The translations under genes and the position numbers were made by a program. The notes beneath the pieces are model-generated. The model searched no databases. It was not told where the DNA came from and saw nothing but the letters and a program-made list of their open reading frames with translations. From the NCBI GenBank assembly GCA_019422905.1, contig JAHZCM010000003.1:1-47905 (forward strand): 47,905 nucleotides of DNA. The letters run 5' to 3'. Shown piece by piece: positions 11,515 to 21,465 of this stretch (position 1 is the stretch's first letter; each line of letters starts with the position of its first letter). This DNA comes from Oscillospiraceae bacterium (GTDB lineage Bacteria > Bacillota > Clostridia > Oscillospirales > Acutalibacteraceae).

Positions 11515-12816
11515 TCAACGGTCGCGGATATTTTTGATGATGTCGCTGACCGTGGCCTTTGTGACGGGGTCTTTCAGGGACTTTTCTTCGATCTGCTGGA
11601 TCGCATAGACGACGGTGGAGTGGTCGCGGCCACCGAACTCCTTGCCGATCTCGACCATCGGCATCTGCGTGATTTCACGGACGATGTACATGGAGATCTG
11701 CCGGGCGAAGGAGATATTTGCGTTGCGCTTGGAGGATTTGATATCTTCGGGCGATACGCCGTAGGTGCGGCCGACCTCCTCAATGATTTTTTCGACCGTT
11801 ACGGGCGTCGGCTGGTCGTTGTTGACGATATCGCTGATGGCGCGCTGCGCGGTATTGACCGTCGGGGTTGCGCCCTCGACAAGGTGGATGGCCTTGAGCT
11901 TTTTGACGGTGCCCTCCAGTTGGCGGATGTTGCTCTTGAGCTTGACCGCGATGAATTCGCAGACGCTGTCCGGCATGTTGATGCCGACAAGCTCGGCCTT
12001 GCGCTTGATGATCGCCATGCGCGTTTCGAAATCCGGCGGCTGCACGTCGGCGGTGAGGCCCCACTCAAAGCGGGTTTTCAGACGGTCTTCCAGCGTGGCG
12101 ATATCGCGCGGCGGCCGGTCGCTCGTCAGAACGATCTGCTTTTTGGATTCGTACAGCGTGTTAAAGGTGTGGAAAAATTCCTCCTGCGTCGATTCCTTGC
12201 CGGCGATAAACTGGATATCGTCGATGAGCAGCGCATCGGCCTTGCGGTATTTTTCGCGGAAGCCCGCCGTGGTACCGGCGCGGATGGCTTCAATCAGCTC
12301 GTTGGCAAACTGGTCGCCCTTGACGTAGATGATGTTCTTCTCCGGAAAATTTTTCTTCAGCTCGTGGCCGACGGCATTGAGCAGGTGCGTCTTGCCGAGG
12401 CCGGAATTGCCGTAGATAAAAAGCGGATTGTAGTTTTTGGCCGGCTCCTTGGCCACATAACGGCAGGCGGCGCAGGCAAACTTGTTGGAGCTGCCCTCGA
12501 TAAAGGTTTCAAACGTGTACTCGTACTCGTCGTCGTCCTCCACCTTTTCCTTTTCTTTCTTTTCCATCGGCGTAATCAGCTTATAGGTGATCGTCGGGCC
12601 GAAAATGCCCTGAATCGCATCGTTCAGATATTTGTGGAAGCCGCGCTCGATCGTGGCCTTATGAAATTCGTTCGGCGCCTGGATGATCGCGATGCCCTGC
12701 TCAAAGTCAAGCGAAATCGGCGTGAGCTTGCTGAACCACATGTTGTAGCTTACATCTGTAACCTTGGATTTGCAGTCGCCGAGGATTAAATCCCATGCCT
12801 CAAAGAATGATTCCAT
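11515..12816 (-). CDS. dnaA: Chromosomal replication initiator DnaA
   Basis: YTFETF, YNPLFIYGNSGLGKTHL, LLIDDIQF, QEEFFHTFN, GGRDHSTV; start ATG 12816 (MESFFEAW). Confidence 0.98.
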   Translation of the reverse strand: MESFFEAWDLILGDCKSKVTDVSYNMWFSKLTPISLDFEQGIAIIQAPNEFHKATIERGFHKYLNDAIQGIFGPTITYKLITPMEKKEKEKVEDDDEYEYTFETFIEGSSNKFACAACRYVAKEPAKNYNPLFIYGNSGLGKTHLLNAVGHELKKNFPEKNIIYVKGDQFANELIEAIRAGTTAGFREKYRKADALLIDDIQFIAGKESTQEEFFHTFNTLYESKKQIVLTSDRPPRDIATLEDRLKTRFEWGLTADVQPPDFETRMAIIKRKAELVGINMPDSVCEFIAVKLKSNIRQLEGTVKKLKAIHLVEGATPTVNTAQRAISDIVNNDQPTPVTVEKIIEEVGRTYGVSPEDIKSSKRNANISFARQISMYIVREITQMPMVEIGKEFGGRDHSTVVYAIQQIEEKSLKDPVTKATVSDIIKNIRDR

Positions 12817-12872
12817 TTCCTGTTTCCCTTTCTCCCGTGTTCTTCGGACACAGCACAAAACCACGCTGTCCC

Positions 12873-12886
12873 TTTTCCCGGGAAAT
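12873..12886. promoter_or_regulatory. Noc-binding-site-like palindrome in the dnaA leader
   Basis: TTTTCCCGGGAAAT, 13/14 match to the NBS core ATTTCCCGGGAAAT. Confidence 0.55.
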
Positions 12887-12938
12887 CCGTCTGAAAAACG
12901 GTACGGCCGCGTGTTTTGGCGATAAAATACTAATATAT

Positions 12939-12969
12939 AGTGTAGCACAAAATGAAGGAGTTGTCCACA
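12939..12969 (-). promoter_or_regulatory. dnaA promoter with a DnaA box over the -35
   Basis: Minus strand TGGACA-17 bp-TACACT with extended TG; box TTGTCCACA at 12961-12969 contains the -35, consistent with autorepression. Confidence 0.6.
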
Positions 12970-13136
12970 GGAATTCCAAGGAATGTTGAAAATTGCGCGT
13001 GGGGGAAATTGGGCGCCGGATATGTGTGTTCCGCATTTTGCGGCGCCTATATTCTGTGGCTTTGAAAAAAAGAAACGCAGGATATGGAGAGAAAAATTCC
13101 GGTAAGGTTTTTTTTACGGAAAAACCGGAAAAAAGG

Positions 13137-13166
13137 TTGACAGATTCTAAGGTTTTAAGGTATAAT
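13137..13166 (+). promoter_or_regulatory. Sigma-A promoter of the rpmH operon
   Basis: TTGACA-18 bp-TATAAT. Confidence 0.8.
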
Positions 13167-13234
13167 GCTTAACTGTAACCGACTGTATCGTTTCGGATTT
13201 TGCAAAGTAACCTCGCGAAAGGAGGGTTTTTGAT

Positions 13235-13369
13235 ATGCTGAGAACCTATCAGCCGAAGAAGCTCCACAGAAAGAAGGAGCACGGCTTCAGAAAGAGAATG
13301 TCTACACGCAACGGACGCAAGGTCCTGGCGCGTCGCAGAGCAAAGGGCAGAGCACGTTTAACTTATTGA
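13235..13369 (+). CDS. rpmH: 50S ribosomal protein L34
   Basis: Absent from the ORF track; read manually as [44 protein letters not shown], with RBS AAAGGAGG. Confidence 0.97.
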   Translation: MLRTYQPKKLHRKKEHGFRKRMSTRNGRKVLARRRAKGRARLTY

Positions 13370-13446
13370 TGTATGCTTTGAGGGTCACCGGCGTGTGACC
13401 TTTCTTTGTTTTGCGTGCCGGCGGTGCGCGCGGAAAATCGGAAATT

Positions 13447-13836
13447 ATGGATATTATTGTACCTCTGACAGAAAATTATGAATTCCGGCGCGTTTACGCG
13501 CACGGGAAAAGCGCGGTGCGCCCAACGCTCGTCGTCTATTGTATGCGCAAAAGCGGCGCTTCGCCGCGCGTCGGCATTACGGCGAGCAAAAAAATCGGCA
13601 ATGCGGTGAAGCGGAACCGTGCGCGCCGGCTGCTGCGCGAGAGCGTTCGCGCGTTGTATCCCCGGATGAAGCCGGGCTATGACGTTGTGCTGGTATCGCG
13701 CGGAAAAACGCCGTTTGTTCCCTGCAAAGCCGTCTATACGGAAATGGAAAGCGCGCTGGAAGAGCTCGGCGTGCTTGTTTCTGCAACCAAAAAAAGGGGA
13801 AAGCGCGAAAAAGCGGTTTCTTCCGAAAGCGTATGA
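13447..13836 (+). CDS. rnpA: Ribonuclease P protein component
   Basis: [25 protein letters not shown] (RNR motif). Confidence 0.95.
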   Translation: MDIIVPLTENYEFRRVYAHGKSAVRPTLVVYCMRKSGASPRVGITASKKIGNAVKRNRARRLLRESVRALYPRMKPGYDVVLVSRGKTPFVPCKAVYTEMESALEELGVLVSATKKRGKREKAVSSESV

Positions 13837-14099
13837 ATATTGTCGATATGCCGAAAAGGGCGCTGCTCGCCCTGTTTCGGCTTTACCGGAAAATCAGGCC
13901 AAGCAGTACAAGAGGCTGCTGTAAATATATTCCCACCTGTTCGCAGTACGGGATAGAGGCCGTCGAGCGGTTCGGCGCCGTAAAGGGCGGCCTGCTCGCC
14001 CTGTGGCGCATTCTGCGCTGCAATCCGTTTTCAAGGGGCGGCTATGATCCCGTGCCCGAAAAAAAGAACAAGACTAGATCCGGGAAGGATTTGATTTAA
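13833..14099 (+). CDS. yidD: Membrane protein insertion efficiency factor YidD
   Basis: [10 protein letters not shown]...[17 protein letters not shown]. Confidence 0.93.
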   Translation: MNIVDMPKRALLALFRLYRKIRPSSTRGCCKYIPTCSQYGIEAVERFGAVKGGLLALWRILRCNPFSRGGYDPVPEKKNKTRSGKDLI

Positions 14100-14102
14100 G
14101 CT

Positions 14103-15179
14103 ATGATGCAGATTTTTAATTTTTTCGGCAGCATATTCGGATATCTGCTGTGGTTCCTGTACACGATTTTTAAAAACTACGGCGTGGCGATTATTCTGTT
14201 TACGATTATCGTAAAAGCGCTGATGTTCCCCTTCTCGATCAAATCGCAGAAAAGCATGGCGGCGCAGTCGAGGCTGTCCAAGAAGCAGCAGGAGCTGCAG
14301 GCGCGCTACGGCAACGACAAAATGAAGTATAATGAAGAGCTGCAGAAGCTGTATGAAAAAGAGGGCGTCAACCCCGGCGGCGGCTGCCTGATGACCCTTC
14401 TGCCGTTCCCGATTATGCTCGGCATTTACTATTCGGTTATTTACCCGCTTTCGAATACCCTGCATGTTGCGAAGGACTCTATCGCGCAGGCCACGGATTT
14501 TATCTCGAAGATTCCCGGCGTTTCCAGCACGAGCCAGTATGTGGAGCTGGAAATCGTCAAGAATTTTTCTTCCCTGAAGGAGTACCTCACGATGTTTTCG
14601 GCGGAGGACGTCAATAAGATTGAGTCCTTCAGCAAGGGCTTTACTTTCTTCGGCCTTGACCTTCTGGCTTCGCCGAACGCATCCAGCTTTGCTTCGATGA
14701 TGTGGATCATTCCGGTTCTGGCGCTCGTTACGTATTGGGGCCAGACGTTTATCATGCAGAAGCTGCAGCCCCAACAGCAGCAGGCGGGCAGCGGCTGCAT
14801 GAAGGTCATGCTGTACGGCATGCCGCTCCTTTCCGCGTACTGGGCGTATATCATGCCCGGTGCCGTCGGATTTTACTGGATCATTTCCGCGCTGGTCGGT
14901 TTTGCGCAGTCGCTCGTGCAGCACAAGTATTATTCGCCGGAGAGAATTTCCGCGAACTCGGAGGCCAGCCGTTATGCCACGCTTTTGGAGGCGGACGAAA
15001 AGGTGCGTCCGCTGCCCGCCGATATTCAAAAGCAGATCGCGGATAAGATAGACGCCAAAAATCGGGCGCAGGCAAACCGCCAGGCGACCCAGCAGGGCAA
15101 AAAATCCGGCGGAAAGAAGTCCGGCGGCGCGCAGAAAAACAAAGGCTCTGCCTCCGACTACATGGGAAGCAAGAAATAA
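14103..15179 (+). CDS. yidC: YidC/Oxa1 membrane protein insertase
   Basis: NYGVAIILFTIIVK, KLYEKEGVNPGGGCL, GFYW; basic C-terminal tail; synteny. Confidence 0.92.
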   Translation: MMQIFNFFGSIFGYLLWFLYTIFKNYGVAIILFTIIVKALMFPFSIKSQKSMAAQSRLSKKQQELQARYGNDKMKYNEELQKLYEKEGVNPGGGCLMTLLPFPIMLGIYYSVIYPLSNTLHVAKDSIAQATDFISKIPGVSSTSQYVELEIVKNFSSLKEYLTMFSAEDVNKIESFSKGFTFFGLDLLASPNASSFASMMWIIPVLALVTYWGQTFIMQKLQPQQQQAGSGCMKVMLYGMPLLSAYWAYIMPGAVGFYWIISALVGFAQSLVQHKYYSPERISANSEASRYATLLEADEKVRPLPADIQKQIADKIDAKNRAQANRQATQQGKKSGGKKSGGAQKNKGSASDYMGSKK

Positions 15180-15267
15180 ATCAGCCGATTATCCCTCCTC
15201 CTTTCACTTCTTGCGGGATAAATGATATTTTTGGTATGGAAACGGAAAAGAAAGGAAGCAAAAGCAA

Positions 15268-16092
15268 ATGGTAAGAGAAGCAATTGCAACGGGCGCGACG
15301 GTTGAAGAGGCGCATGCGAACGCGTGCGCACAGCTCGGCGTAGACACAACGGAAGCGGAATTTGAAATTTTGGAGCTGCCGGAGAAAAAGCGCTTCGGCC
15401 TGTTTGGCGGCAATCCGGCAAAGGTCCGCGCATTCGTCCGCGAGGTGCCGGCGGATGCGGCGGCGGATTACCTCCGCTCGATCCTCGGCGGCATGGGCCT
15501 TCAGGATGTTCAGGTGGAGATCCACGAGGTGGAGGCCGGCGCGGAGTTGGTTCTCACGGGCGAGGACATCGGCTTTATCATCGGCCATCGCGGCGAAACG
15601 CTGGACGCGCTCCAGTATCTTGCCTCTCTCGTGGCGAACCATGTGGACGAGTCGTATTACCGTATCACGCTGGATGTGGGCAATTACCGCGAAAAGCGCA
15701 AGGAAACACTGGAAAACCTCGGCAAGAAGATGGCGGCGCGCGCCGTAAAGACCGGCCGCAATTCGTCGCTGGAGCCGATGAATCCCTATGAGCGCCGCAT
15801 CATTCATACGGCGGTGCAGACTGTGGAGGGCGCAAAGTCCTGGAGCGAGGGCGAGGATCTTGCCCGCCATGTCGTGATTGGCCCCGAGGGCGGCGAACGC
15901 TTCCCGAAGCGCGACAACCGCAGAGGCGGAAACCGCGGCAAAAACGGCTACGGCCGCGATAACCGCAATGACCGCGGCGGCAGGCCGCCGCGCAGAGACA
16001 ACCGCCCCTCCCGCCCGGCTCCGGCACAGCCCGCGGCGCCCCGCGTACTGGACGATGTCTCCGCGCCTTACGGCAGAATCGAGAAGAAGTAA
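15268..16092 (+). CDS. jag: Jag/EloR (KhpB) RNA-binding protein
   Basis: Jag_N domain, KH IIGHRGETLDALQYL, R3H LEPMNPYERRIIH. Confidence 0.93.
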   Translation: MVREAIATGATVEEAHANACAQLGVDTTEAEFEILELPEKKRFGLFGGNPAKVRAFVREVPADAAADYLRSILGGMGLQDVQVEIHEVEAGAELVLTGEDIGFIIGHRGETLDALQYLASLVANHVDESYYRITLDVGNYREKRKETLENLGKKMAARAVKTGRNSSLEPMNPYERRIIHTAVQTVEGAKSWSEGEDLARHVVIGPEGGERFPKRDNRRGGNRGKNGYGRDNRNDRGGRPPRRDNRPSRPAPAQPAAPRVLDDVSAPYGRIEKK

Positions 16093-16100
16093 GATTCCGG

Positions 16101-16131
16101 AAGAACCTCCGCGCGGGGGTTCTTCTTTTTT
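16101..16131 (+). terminator. Intrinsic terminator after jag
   Basis: AAGAACCTCC-GCGC-GGGGGTTCTT followed by a T run. Confidence 0.8.
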
Positions 16132-16201
16132 ACCGAAATAGGGGTGGCGAAAGCGCGCGGCGCGTGCTATAATCAAAAAATAAAAGATGGGGTGACGGCA
16201 T

Positions 16202-16438
16202 ATGAATAGACTCAAGCGCGCGCTGGAAATCGGGATCAGCACGCTGGCCGGCGTGTATATCGGTTTTGCAATTGGAGATATTCAGGCGTATTTTCGCTTT
16301 CAGGAAGCGTATGCCACGGATTCCGCACCGTGGTATACGGGGCTTCTGGTGCGCACGCTTTTTATGCTTTTGCTGCTGGCGCTCTGGGCGGCCGCTTATG
16401 GTATTGTGCGCCGCCGGTGCCGGAAGGACAAAAAATAA
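16202..16438 (+). CDS. Small hypothetical membrane protein (two TM helices, SAPWYT motif)
   Basis: 78 aa; GGGGTG RBS; upstream TGCTATAAT extended -10. Confidence 0.65.
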   Translation: MNRLKRALEIGISTLAGVYIGFAIGDIQAYFRFQEAYATDSAPWYTGLLVRTLFMLLLLALWAAAYGIVRRRCRKDKK

Positions 16439-16761
16439 TATTAAAAATAATATTATTATATATAAACGTTAAAGGCAACGGAAGATACAGCGGTTCCCAC
16501 AAGGCAAAGAAGGCGGTCCGCGAGTCGGGAATGGAAGCGCAGACCGAAGGTTTCCGACATTAGCTGCGGCATGTAGAGCCGGTTTTTATCTGCGATATGG
16601 ACTGAATTCGCGCGTATGCCGGGCCATTAAAGGCGAGAATTTTTCTGTGTGCCCAGATGAGGCTTCCGGTGCCTGCGGTGTGCACGGCGGCTTATGCGGT
16701 GATCCGCCGCCGGCTGCGGAAAAGCGACAAATAAATTTATATTTCATATAAGAGGTAAAAA

Positions 16762-18126
16762 ATGAAGACAATTGCGGCAATCTCCACGGCGGCCGCACCG
16801 GGCGGCATTGGGATCATCCGGATTTCCGGCCCGCAGGCCCGCGCGGTCGGCGATCGTGTGTTTCATGCGGCGTCCGGTGAAAAATTACATACGGCGGCGG
16901 GCTATACCTGCCGGTTCGGGCATGTCTATGCACAGGACGGCAGCCGGCTGGATGAATGTATCGCGACGGTTTTTGCCGCGCCGAAGAGCTTTACCGGCGA
17001 GGACGTGGTGGAGCTTTCATGCCACGGCGGCCTGTTCGTTTTGAAAGCCGTGCTCAAGGCGGTTTTTTCGGCGGGGGCTTCTCCGGCGGAGCCGGGCGAA
17101 TTTACGCGCCGCGCATTTTTGAACGGCAAGATGGATCTCGCGCAGGCAGAGGCCGTGATGGAGCTGATTTCGGCGCAGGGCAAGGAAGCGATGAAGGCTG
17201 CGCAGGCCGGTCATGACGGCGCGCTTTCCCGGCGGATTGCGGCGATTCGGGACGACCTGACCGATATCGGCGCGCATCTGGCGGCATGGGCTGATTATCC
17301 GGACGATGATATTCCACAGGTAGACGAAAAAATGTTGAAAACGAGGCTTTCCGCAGCGCGGGCGGCGCTCGAAAAGCTGCTTCAGAGCTTTGACGGCGGA
17401 CGCGTGCTGCGCGAGGGCGTTGTGACGGTCATAGCGGGCAAGCCGAACGCGGGAAAATCGACGCTGATGAATCTGCTGGCGGGCTGCGAGCGTTCCATAG
17501 TGACGGACCTTGCGGGAACGACGCGGGACGTGGTGGAGGAAACGGTTTTGCTCGGCGATATACCGCTGCGCCTGGCGGATACGGCGGGCATCCGGGAGAC
17601 GGACGACCGTGTGGAGCAGATCGGCGTGCGCATCGCGCTGGACCGCGTAAAAACGGCGCAGTTTGTGCTTGCGGTTTTCGACGCGAGCGAGACGCTGAAC
17701 GAAGATGACCGCGCCCTGATTCAGGCGATCGGCAATGCGCCGTGCGTGGCGGTGGTCAATAAGTCCGATCTGCCGCCGAAAATCGATATGGCGGAAATTC
17801 GCGCGCATTTCGCCGAGGTCGTTGAAATTGCGGCGATTTCCGGGGACGGGGTATCCGCGCTTTCCGACGCGGCGGCGCGCGCGCTGCATACGGCAACGCT
17901 GAATCCAAACGACGGCATTCTGTATACGGAGCGGCAGCGTGCAGACGCGCAGAATGCGCTGTCCTGCATCGAGGAGGCGCAGAATGCGCTTCTGCTCGGT
18001 ATGACGTGGGATGCGGTGACGGTTTCGCTCGAAGGCGCGATCGCGGCGCTGAACGAGCTGACCGGCGAACGCGTATCCGACGCGGTAGTGGACAAGGTGT
18101 TTTCCAAATTCTGCGTCGGCAAGTAG
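16762..18126 (+). CDS. mnmE: tRNA modification GTPase MnmE
   Basis: TIAAIST, SFTGEDVVE, GEFTRRAFLNGK, GKPNAGKS, GTTRD, DTAG, FCVGK terminus. Confidence 0.97.
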   Translation: MKTIAAISTAAAPGGIGIIRISGPQARAVGDRVFHAASGEKLHTAAGYTCRFGHVYAQDGSRLDECIATVFAAPKSFTGEDVVELSCHGGLFVLKAVLKAVFSAGASPAEPGEFTRRAFLNGKMDLAQAEAVMELISAQGKEAMKAAQAGHDGALSRRIAAIRDDLTDIGAHLAAWADYPDDDIPQVDEKMLKTRLSAARAALEKLLQSFDGGRVLREGVVTVIAGKPNAGKSTLMNLLAGCERSIVTDLAGTTRDVVEETVLLGDIPLRLADTAGIRETDDRVEQIGVRIALDRVKTAQFVLAVFDASETLNEDDRALIQAIGNAPCVAVVNKSDLPPKIDMAEIRAHFAEVVEIAAISGDGVSALSDAAARALHTATLNPNDGILYTERQRADAQNALSCIEEAQNALLLGMTWDAVTVSLEGAIAALNELTGERVSDAVVDKVFSKFCVGK

Positions 18127-18312
18127 ACGGGTACGACCCGCGGCGAAGTCGCGGAGTCGTTCATTTCGCTCACTTCGCCAGTGCAAGAAATAAGCGGAAC
18201 AGACGCGTGCGATGGCGGCTTCCGGGCGGCGGGGTCGCGGAATTGCGGTGTGCACGAGCTTTGCCGCAGAGCACAAAATACCTTACATTAAATTTTTTAT
18301 GGATGATACGCA

Positions 18313-20193
18313 ATGAACTATAAGGCTGGAAATTTTGACGTTGCCGTGATCGGCGCGGGGCACGCGGGCATTGAGGCTGCATTGGCCTCGGCGCGTCTTG
18401 GCTGCTATACGGCGGTTTTTACAATCAATATGGATGCGGTGGGCAACTGCCCCTGCAATCCGAGCATCGGCGGCACGGCGAAGGGCCATCTGGTCCGCGA
18501 AATCGACGCGCTCGGCGGTGAAATGGGCAAAACAGCGGACGAATGTACGCTGCAGAGCCGGATGCTCAACCTCGGCAAGGGACCCGCAGTGCACTCGCTC
18601 CGCGCGCAGATCGACCGCAACCGGTATGCGCGCGTGATGAAGCACAAGCTGGAGCTTTGCCCAAACCTCGAAATGAAGCAGGCGGAGGTCGTCGATCTCG
18701 TGCAGGCGGAGGACGGATGGCTTCTGACGACGCGCCTCGGCGCGCAGTATGTGTGCAGGGCCATTGTGCTTGCGACGGGCACCTTTCTCGGCGGGCGCAT
18801 CTTTGTCGGAGACGTCTCCTATGCGGGCGGCCCGGACGGTATGTTTCCGGCGACGGAGCTGGCGGATGCGCTGAAAAGGCTCGGTATCGCACTGCGACGT
18901 TTTAAAACCGGAACGCCGGCGCGCGTCCTGCGCTCATCCATCGATTTTTCGGAGCTGGAGGTGCAGCGCGGGGACGAGCCGGTCACGCCCTTTTCGTTTG
19001 ATGCGGAAACGCTGCCGGAAAATAAGGCGGTTTGCCACGTCAGTTGGACGAATGACCGCACAAAGGCGGTCATTTTGGAGAACATTCACCGCTCGCCCCT
19101 GTACGGCGGGATGATCGAGGGCGTCGGCCCGCGCTATTGCCCGAGCATTGAGGATAAGGTCGTGCGCTTTTCCGAGAAGCCGCGTCATCAGCTCTTCATA
19201 GAGCCGTGCGGCGCGGATACGGAGGAAATGTATTTGCAGGGAATGAGCTCCTCCCTGCCGGAGGACGTGCAGGTCGCCTTTTACCGCACGATCAAGGGCC
19301 TTGAGCATGTGCAGATCATGCGCAGCGCGTATGCGATCGAATATGACTGCTGCGACCCGCTGCAATTGACTTCAACCTTGGAGTTCCGCGACTTCCCCGG
19401 CCTGTATGGCGCAGGACAGTTCAACGGCAGCTCCGGTTACGAGGAGGCCGCCGCGCAGGGCTTTGTTGCCGGCGCGAATGCGGCGCTGAAGCTGCTTGGG
19501 CGCGAACCTCTGATTCTGGACCGTGCAAGCTCTTACATCGGTACCTTGATCGACGACCTGATCACAAAAGGTGTAACGGATCCGTATCGGATGATGACGT
19601 CGCGTTCGGAGTACCGGCTCGTGCTCCGGCAGGACAACGCCGACGAGCGTTTGACGCCAATCGGGCGCAGGCTGGGGCTGATCTCCGACAGGCGCTGGGA
19701 GAAATTTGAGCGAAAGCAGGCGCAGAAGGCGGCGGAGCTGAAACGGGCAGAAAGAACCGTGCTTTCACCGACACAGGCGCTGAACGATATCCTTGTTTCA
19801 CGTGAAACATCGCCGGTCTCTACCGGCGTGCGTATGGCGGAGCTGCTTCGCCGCCCGCAGATTTCTTATGCGGATTTGGCGCCGATGGACCCGGAACGCC
19901 CCGATTATCCGCGCGAAATCTTTGAGAGTGTGGAGACGGCGCTCAAATACGAGGGATATATCAAGCGGCAGCTACAGGATATCGCGGAGATGCGCCGCCT
20001 TGAAAAGCGGGTTTTGCCGAAAGAAATCGACTACGCGCAGATTGCCGGCCTGCGGCTTGAGGCGCAGGAAAAGCTCAACCGCGTGCGGCCGGAAAATATC
20101 GGGCAGGCCGGGCGCATTTCCGGTGTGTCCCCGGCGGACATTTCGGTGCTGCTGATTTGGCTTTCCGCGCAGAACGGCGCAGAAAATGCGTGA
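18313..20193 (+). CDS. mnmG: tRNA uridine 5-carboxymethylaminomethyl modification enzyme MnmG (GidA)
   Basis: GAGHAG, CNPSIGG, RFKTGTP, GPRYCPSIEDK, GYEEAAAQG. Confidence 0.98.
   Translation: MNYKAGNFDVAVIGAGHAGIEAALASARLGCYTAVFTINMDAVGNCPCNPSIGGTAKGHLVREIDALGGEMGKTADECTLQSRMLNLGKGPAVHSLRAQIDRNRYARVMKHKLELCPNLEMKQAEVVDLVQAEDGWLLTTRLGAQYVCRAIVLATGTFLGGRIFVGDVSYAGGPDGMFPATELADALKRLGIALRRFKTGTPARVLRSSIDFSELEVQRGDEPVTPFSFDAETLPENKAVCHVSWTNDRTKAVILENIHRSPLYGGMIEGVGPRYCPSIEDKVVRFSEKPRHQLFIEPCGADTEEMYLQGMSSSLPEDVQVAFYRTIKGLEHVQIMRSAYAIEYDCCDPLQLTSTLEFRDFPGLYGAGQFNGSSGYEEAAAQGFVAGANAALKLLGREPLILDRASSYIGTLIDDLITKGVTDPYRMMTSRSEYRLVLRQDNADERLTPIGRRLGLISDRRWEKFERKQAQKAAELKRAERTVLSPTQALNDILVSRETSPVSTGVRMAELLRRPQISYADLAPMDPERPDYPREIFESVETALKYEGYIKRQLQDIAEMRRLEKRVLPKEIDYAQIAGLRLEAQEKLNRVRPENIGQAGRISGVSPADISVLLIWLSAQNGAENA
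19794..19809. promoter_or_regulatory. parS site inside mnmG
   Basis: Perfect palindrome TGTTTCACGTGAAACA. Confidence 0.9.
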
Positions 20194-20292
20194 AAATGGG
20201 GCGGCGGATGTGCCGCAAAAACCGAAATGCCACTCCATCAGGCGGATTCGGTCTGAGTGACCTTCACAAAGAAAGGGCAGAGGAATTGCGAT

Positions 20293-21024
20293 ATGGATAT
20301 AAAAAGTGAGCTGGTACAAAAAGCGAAGGAGATCGGCGTCAAGGTTTCCCCGGCGCAGGCGGAGAAATTTCAGATTTATCTGGATATTCTGCTGGAACGC
20401 AACGAGGTGATGAATCTGACGGCAATCACCGACCCGCACGAAGCCGTTGTAAAGCATTTTGTGGACAGCCTGACGCTTTTAAAGGCCGTCGAAATCAAGA
20501 AAGGTGCAAAGCTCATCGACGTCGGTACCGGCGCGGGGTTTCCCGGCGTGCCGGTCAAGATTATGCGCCCGGATATTGAACTGACCTTGCTCGATTCCCT
20601 GAATAAGCGCCTTTTGTTCTTAAAGGACGTCTGCGCGGCGACGGGAATAGAAGCCGTTTACATTCACAAGCGCGCCGAAGAGGCCGGACGGGATGTAAAG
20701 CTCCGGGAGAGCTTTGACGTGGCGACGGCCCGTGCGGTTGCCAATATGAATACGCTGGCCGAATACTGCATTCCGCTGATTAAAATGAAGGGCATTTTCG
20801 CCGCAATGAAGGGGCCGGGGCTTGAGGAGGAGATGACGCGGGCCAAACGCGCGGTTTCCACACTCGGCTGCAAAATTGTGAAAAACGTGCCGTTTACGCT
20901 GCCGGATGCAGAGCACAGCGAGCGCAATATCGCCATCATGCAGAAAATTGCGTTCACGCCGAAGGCTTATCCGCGCCACGGCGGGACGATCACGAAAAAG
21001 CCGCTGTTTTTGGAAGGAGAATGA
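20293..21024 (+). CDS. rsmG: 16S rRNA m7G527 methyltransferase RsmG (GidB)
   Basis: MNLTAI, KHFVDSL, DVGTGAGFPG, TARAVA, YPR. Confidence 0.96.
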   Translation: MDIKSELVQKAKEIGVKVSPAQAEKFQIYLDILLERNEVMNLTAITDPHEAVVKHFVDSLTLLKAVEIKKGAKLIDVGTGAGFPGVPVKIMRPDIELTLLDSLNKRLLFLKDVCAATGIEAVYIHKRAEEAGRDVKLRESFDVATARAVANMNTLAEYCIPLIKMKGIFAAMKGPGLEEEMTRAKRAVSTLGCKIVKNVPFTLPDAEHSERNIAIMQKIAFTPKAYPRHGGTITKKPLFLEGE

Positions 21025-21027
21025 AGT

Positions 21028-21465
21028 TTGAAAATCACATACAGAAAAGCGCGCCTTACGGACATTGAGAAGCTGAACCCCCTGCTTGCTCAGCTTTCCG
21101 ATTCGCTGGCGGATCCAAAGGTGATGGCGCAGAAAATGGAGAAGCTGGAGCAAAATCCGGATTGCTTTCTGCTTGTTGCGGAGGATACGGAAACCGGAGA
21201 TCTCTGCGGTTCCCTGATTGGCGTGGCGTTTGAGGACGTCTGCGGCGCATGCAAGCCGGTTCTGCTCGTCGAAAATGTTGTGACGGATGAAAAGTACCGC
21301 GGAAAAGGGGTTGGACGCGGCATGTTTGAATACATTGAGAACTGGGGCCGCGAAAAGGAATGTCACTACTGCATTCTGGTTTCCGCACTGACGCGCACCG
21401 GCGCGCACAAGTTTTACGATGCGATCGGCTACAGTGAAGTCAAGGGCTTCAAGAAGTATCTGTAA
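21028..21465 (+). CDS. GNAT family N-acetyltransferase
   Basis: VENVVTDEKYRGKGVG acetyl-CoA motif, AHKFY; TTG start with GGAG RBS. Confidence 0.85.
   Translation: MKITYRKARLTDIEKLNPLLAQLSDSLADPKVMAQKMEKLEQNPDCFLLVAEDTETGDLCGSLIGVAFEDVCGACKPVLLVENVVTDEKYRGKGVGRGMFEYIENWGREKECHYCILVSALTRTGAHKFYDAIGYSEVKGFKKYL

Noticed and set aside
11461..12789. 442-aa ORF antisense to dnaA
   Set aside because: Shadow frame of a conserved gene.
12817..12948. N-terminal extensions in the ORF track for dnaA, gyrB, rnpA, rsmG, noc, oppB, oppF and the G5/3D gene
   Set aside because: They overlap predicted promoters or lack an RBS; downstream starts fit the families better.
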